64,000 nucleotides of DNA, from the NCBI GenBank assembly GCA_003009755.1, contig PXUB01000022.1, positions 16,963-80,962 of the forward strand. The letters are read 5' to 3'. Shown here piece by piece: positions 60,273 through 64,000 of this stretch (the first letter of the stretch is position 1; the number at the start of each line of letters is the position of its first letter). The stretch comes from Thermoplasmatales archaeon SW_10_69_26. Its GTDB lineage: Archaea; Thermoplasmatota; SW-10-69-26. Made by a program: the position numbers and the translations under genes. The notes under the pieces were generated by a model. The model saw nothing but the letters and a program-made list of their open reading frames with translations, ran no database searches and had not been told where the DNA came from.

Positions 60273-60764
60273 GTGTCCCGGCACGAGACGACCGTCCTCA
60301 CACACCACGTGACCGGGGACACGGTCGCCTACCTCGCTCCCGGGTTCGACGTCCAGCGCACACTCAAAGTCCAGCTTGATGGTGACGAGCCTGCCAGCCT
60401 CGTCCACCCATTCATGCGGCTCTTCGAGCAGCGGAAGGTCGTGCCCGAGGTTCGTGTGCGCGGCCGGTTCCGCAGCAGCGACGACCTCCCTCCCGATCAC
60501 GCGACCGATCTTGAGCAGCTGTTCGGCAAGAGCGTCGTCACAGAGTGGGACCAGATCAACCGGCTCACGCACTACCAGTACGTCCACAGAGGCCCCTACA
60601 ATCTCGACCACCGCGAGGACACGTATCGCCACACCGAGGAGGCTGACGTCGACATCCGGAACGGTGAGTACCCCACGGTGTTCTTGAAGGATTTCCGTCC
60701 CGACGACGAGGCGGGCCACGCGATCGAGTTCGTGCTCACGTTCTTCGTCGCGAGGCCTGTGTAG
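60273..60764 (+). CDS. Distal tail (Dit-like) protein 2
   Basis: Shares 'GDTVAYL.P', 'DLP..H...L..LFG', 'DQ.NRL', 'NG.YP' with the previous gene. Confidence 0.6.
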   Translation: MSRHETTVLTHHVTGDTVAYLAPGFDVQRTLKVQLDGDEPASLVHPFMRLFEQRKVVPEVRVRGRFRSSDDLPPDHATDLEQLFGKSVVTEWDQINRLTHYQYVHRGPYNLDHREDTYRHTEEADVDIRNGEYPTVFLKDFRPDDEAGHAIEFVLTFFVARPV

Positions 60765-60765
60765 C

Positions 60766-62100
60766 ATGGCGGTCCCGGGCTGGCAGCTGCGCAACGTCAC
60801 CGAGGGATTCATCGAGGACGCGCTGCTCAACGTTCACGTCAAAGACACCTTCGAACGCTTCAGTCGCGAGGCCACAGTCTGGATCGCCGACCCCGACGGC
60901 AGCAAGCGCAACAGCTACCTGGACTTCACTGAGTGCATGCTCCGCGTTGGTCCCCCTCGCAGGCACGCCCACACGCTGGCATCCGATCCCGACAACGGCG
61001 AGACCCACACATTGCTCACCGACGGCGGGCACACGCTTCTCAGCAGTCCGACAGCCGAGAACCGGTTCGGCGGGTTTGTGAGGAACCCCCATGAGGAGGC
61101 CGGCGTCCTCCGGCTGGACCTGCTCAGCCACGACACCTGGCTCCGGAAGCGCGACATCTTCTACACCGCCAACCAGCAGGGCATCGAGGACACGTTGCAG
61201 GACCTCGTCACCCGGTTCACGCCGCTCGTTTGGAACCCCAATCTCGTCGACGTGCAGAACGATCGCACCATCGACCGTTCCTGGAAGGGTGAGCGCCTGG
61301 TCACGGTCATCGAAGAGCTCGCCACGAAGAGCGACGGGGAGGAGTTCGGCGCCACCGACGACCGCGAGTTCTTCTTCCGCCCGCGGGAGGCCCAGGACAG
61401 TCCCGTCAGCTTCACGCCCGACCGCTGGGATGACTACGACATCGACGGGGACGCCGGGCGCGAGGTTACCCGCGTCACGATTTACTACGGCCAGAGCGGT
61501 GAGAACGCCGTCACCGTCCAAAACCGCGAGCGCCAGCTCGAGCTGCAGGAACGCCTGGGCGCCGACAGGCCCGTAATCCAGGAGAAAACCAAGAGCTTCC
61601 CCGAAATCGAGACCGAGGAGGCCGCCGAGGAGAAAGGGCACAGCATCCTCGACCGGCGCGACGCGATCAAGGTCCTCGAGCTCGAGACGTGGGATGCTCA
61701 CGGTGTCCGCCCGGGCGACGTCGCACCCGTCGTGATTCCTGAGAAGAACGTCGACGACGAGTTCCGCGTCGCCGAGATCGTGTACCGCTGGATCGAGGAC
61801 GACACGCTCGTCACGCTCGCCCGGAACGCGGAAGGCGTCGTCGACCTGCTCGTCGAGCTCAGCGAAGACCTCACCCGCATCGACCTCCGCGCCGGCAGCG
61901 ACGAGGCGACGATCACAGAGATGCTGGAGTTCGAGGTCTACCAGGAGAACAGCGTCAAGGTCGAGGTCCTCGAACGGTCAATCCCCGACGACCAGTTCCA
62001 GTGGGGAGAGCACAAGGGCGGCTGGGGCGATCCCGCCGGTGGCCCCGGAGGCAGGTGGGGAGACAACATGGGCGCGTGGACTCAGCACACAGAGGTGTAG
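60766..62100 (+). CDS. Baseplate hub/tail tip protein
   Basis: Position; 'EFFFRPR', 'VRPGDV..V', 'FRVAEI'. Confidence 0.7.
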   Translation: MAVPGWQLRNVTEGFIEDALLNVHVKDTFERFSREATVWIADPDGSKRNSYLDFTECMLRVGPPRRHAHTLASDPDNGETHTLLTDGGHTLLSSPTAENRFGGFVRNPHEEAGVLRLDLLSHDTWLRKRDIFYTANQQGIEDTLQDLVTRFTPLVWNPNLVDVQNDRTIDRSWKGERLVTVIEELATKSDGEEFGATDDREFFFRPREAQDSPVSFTPDRWDDYDIDGDAGREVTRVTIYYGQSGENAVTVQNRERQLELQERLGADRPVIQEKTKSFPEIETEEAAEEKGHSILDRRDAIKVLELETWDAHGVRPGDVAPVVIPEKNVDDEFRVAEIVYRWIEDDTLVTLARNAEGVVDLLVELSEDLTRIDLRAGSDEATITEMLEFEVYQENSVKVEVLERSIPDDQFQWGEHKGGWGDPAGGPGGRWGDNMGAWTQHTEV

Positions 62101-62104
62101 AACT

Positions 62105-62464
62105 GTGGCCAGTTACCGAACCAACGACGGACTCGAAACCCTCTCCGAGGGCGACGCGAAAAGGACCGAGCAGCTCGCCATCGGTACCGGCGACGCTGAC
62201 GCCAGCGTGGACGATACCAGCCTCGAGAACGAAGTGCTCCGCAAGGCCGCGGAGAGCGAGGTGCAGGGAGACGGCGAGGTGCTGCACACGATGCGCGTCC
62301 TCAGCGGCGAGGCCAACGGGGCCACGCTTCGCGAGGCTGGCCTCATCGACAACCAGGACCGCCTGTCGACCACGCACCGGTACGCCGGACTCGAGAAGAC
62401 GACGGACAAAGAGATCGAGTTCCGGGTGACCAGCCAGCACGACCAGGCCGAGGAGGGCGTCTAA
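62105..62464 (+). CDS. Tail fibre-collar/baseplate-like protein
   Basis: 'LAIGTG......DTSLENE', 'EANG.TLREAGL'. Confidence 0.65.
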   Translation: MASYRTNDGLETLSEGDAKRTEQLAIGTGDADASVDDTSLENEVLRKAAESEVQGDGEVLHTMRVLSGEANGATLREAGLIDNQDRLSTTHRYAGLEKTTDKEIEFRVTSQHDQAEEGV

Positions 62465-62465
62465 G

Positions 62466-63923
62466 ATGCGCACGCAAACCGACCACGACTTCTCGTGGGC
62501 GAACGAGATGAATGCCGTCGCCGATGCTGGCAAGCAACGGTTCGTCATCGAGGGCTGTCAGGCCTCGAAGGGCACGGGCGACCTCGAGGTTGACATCGCC
62601 AGCGGGCAGATCCACATCGACGGGTCCACAATCGACGTGGACGCGCAAACCGTCACTGTCTCCGGCAACCCCGACATCAAGCGCTACGACACAATCACCA
62701 TCAACGCGGACGGGACCGCGAACGTGATCGAAGGGACAGAGGAGGCAACCGCGCCTGCTCGGCCAGAGGGCGAGGTGTTCGTCGCGATCGTCGAGGTCCG
62801 GCAGGGGGCCACGCAGGTCGAGGCTGTCTACGACGGGCGGGCGTTCCTCGAGGTGTACGTCACCGAGAACCGGACACTCAAGGGTGGCGCCGGCATCCTC
62901 CCAATCGGCGACCTCAGCGAGGACCGGACCGTGGCCGCGGCTATCGGAGACGGCATCCGGGCCGACAGTGATGACGCGCTCGCCGTCAAGCCCCATACAG
63001 ACATCGCCGTCGGGAGTAGTGGCGTCGCTGTCGACCCGCCAGGAAGCGACCGTGAGATTCTATTCAACGACGCGGGCAGCCTCGGCGCAGACGCTGACCT
63101 ACGTTACGGCTATACTGGCGCCTCGCTTGACAAGGAGCTGAAGATCCAGGCTCCCGCTGGCTCGTCACCCCATCTGACGGCCAGCGGCGTCGGCGACGCC
63201 GGCGCAATCCTTGACCTCATCGTCGGCAACGACGACAACGGCAACCCCGACGGGAACGCCGTCATCAACCTCGAAGGCAAACAGGGCGAGGGGTTCACTC
63301 TGTTCGGCAATCTCAACAGGGAACCGATGGAGTACGAGTGGCTTGACGGCCTCGGCAACTTCCCGCTCCGATGGGTCCGAGACACAAGCGCGCCCCGGCT
63401 CCCAGACGTGACGAGCGAGACCGCCAGCAGCGACGTGCAGCTCAACTCGGACAACCAGTTCGTGATCCCCAGCTCGTCGAAGCGCTACAAGACCGACATC
63501 CAAGCCCCCGACGAGGCTCCGGAGGACGTGCTTGACCTTGAGCCAAAGTGGTACCGGAACGACGAGGGTGAGCTGCGGTTCGGGTTCATCGCCGAAGACG
63601 TCGCTGAGGTCCTGCCCGAGGTCGTCGGGTGGCGGCCCACGCATCGGGAGGTCAAGCGGATCAAGGACGACCACGAGTTCATCCCCGCCGAGGACTCCGA
63701 GACGGACCAACCTGAGTTCAGGACTGACCGCCGCGTCGTCCGAGAACGGGAGTTCGACGAGGAACGGCTCGGCGCCGTCGACGACGAGTACCTCGAGCAG
63801 TACGAGGAGGATGGCCAGGTCCCGGACACGGTGAACGAGAAAGAGCTTGTGCCGCGCCTGGTGGCGATTGTGAAGGAGCAGGAGGAGCGCATCCAGGCCC
63901 TGGAGGAGAGGCTGCCTTCGTGA
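62466..63923 (+). CDS. Tail fibre with C-terminal peptidase S74 intramolecular chaperone
   Basis: 'SSKRYKTDI', 'FGFIAEDVAEVLPEVV', terminal coiled coil 'IVKEQEERIQALE'. Confidence 0.85.
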   Translation: MRTQTDHDFSWANEMNAVADAGKQRFVIEGCQASKGTGDLEVDIASGQIHIDGSTIDVDAQTVTVSGNPDIKRYDTITINADGTANVIEGTEEATAPARPEGEVFVAIVEVRQGATQVEAVYDGRAFLEVYVTENRTLKGGAGILPIGDLSEDRTVAAAIGDGIRADSDDALAVKPHTDIAVGSSGVAVDPPGSDREILFNDAGSLGADADLRYGYTGASLDKELKIQAPAGSSPHLTASGVGDAGAILDLIVGNDDNGNPDGNAVINLEGKQGEGFTLFGNLNREPMEYEWLDGLGNFPLRWVRDTSAPRLPDVTSETASSDVQLNSDNQFVIPSSSKRYKTDIQAPDEAPEDVLDLEPKWYRNDEGELRFGFIAEDVAEVLPEVVGWRPTHREVKRIKDDHEFIPAEDSETDQPEFRTDRRVVREREFDEERLGAVDDEYLEQYEEDGQVPDTVNEKELVPRLVAIVKEQEERIQALEERLPS

Positions 63924-63924
63924 T

Positions 63925-64000
63925 TTACTCGTCGATGTTCCGTTCCGGATCGGCGTAGAAGGCGTCGAACGAGAGGTCATATCCCCGCCAAAGGACGATC
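63925..64000 (-). CDS. 3' end of a convergent gene (partial)
   Basis: Minus frame reads ...IVLWRGYDLSFDAFYADPERNIDE*. Confidence 0.4.
   Translation of the reverse strand, partial: IVLWRGYDLSFDAFYADPERNIDE

Larger units (their letters stand above)
34200..64000 (+). mobile_element. Tailed (siphovirus-like Caudoviricetes) archaeal provirus; left boundary approximate, continues past window
   Basis: Co-oriented, tightly coupled ORFs in canonical order TerS-TerL-portal-protease-MCP-neck-tube-chaperone-TMP-hub-fibre; no sheath gene seen. Confidence 0.93.

Noticed and set aside
1-64000. tRNA or rRNA genes
   Set aside because: No T-arm GGTTCRANTCC in cloverleaf context and no rRNA signature recognised on either strand by eye.

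Overview
High-GC archaeal DNA with an acidic proteome. The TFB and Gar1 sequences point to a halophilic euryarchaeote, most likely Thermoplasmatota-like (inference). Left half (1 to ~33.8 kb) is host chromosome: XPD/Rad3 helicase; a BtuF/FecCD-type ABC operon containing a PQQ-like beta-propeller gene; an operon with a DtxR-like box encoding an unusual FTR1 iron permease fused to a class II chelatase-like domain plus a Cys-rich secreted protein; an arsR-MIP-arsC-crcB detox cluster; a low-GC two-gene insert; RNase J-like nuclease, dcd, purA and gar1-tfb (with a duplicated tfb 3' end); several pseudogenes; and two tandem paralogous structured ncRNA candidates, each with its own TATA box. Right half (~34.2 kb to window end) is a siphovirus-like tailed provirus: RuvC, ParB, PCNA, TerS/TerL, a portal-MuF-HTH fusion, HK97 protease, capsid, an inserted beta-helix plus propeller cassette, tail tube, a chaperone with a TTT-CGT +1 frameshift site, tape measure, hub and an S74 tail fibre. 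No integrase, tRNA, rRNA or CRISPR array was recognised. All calls are from motif recognition by eye; no searches were run.
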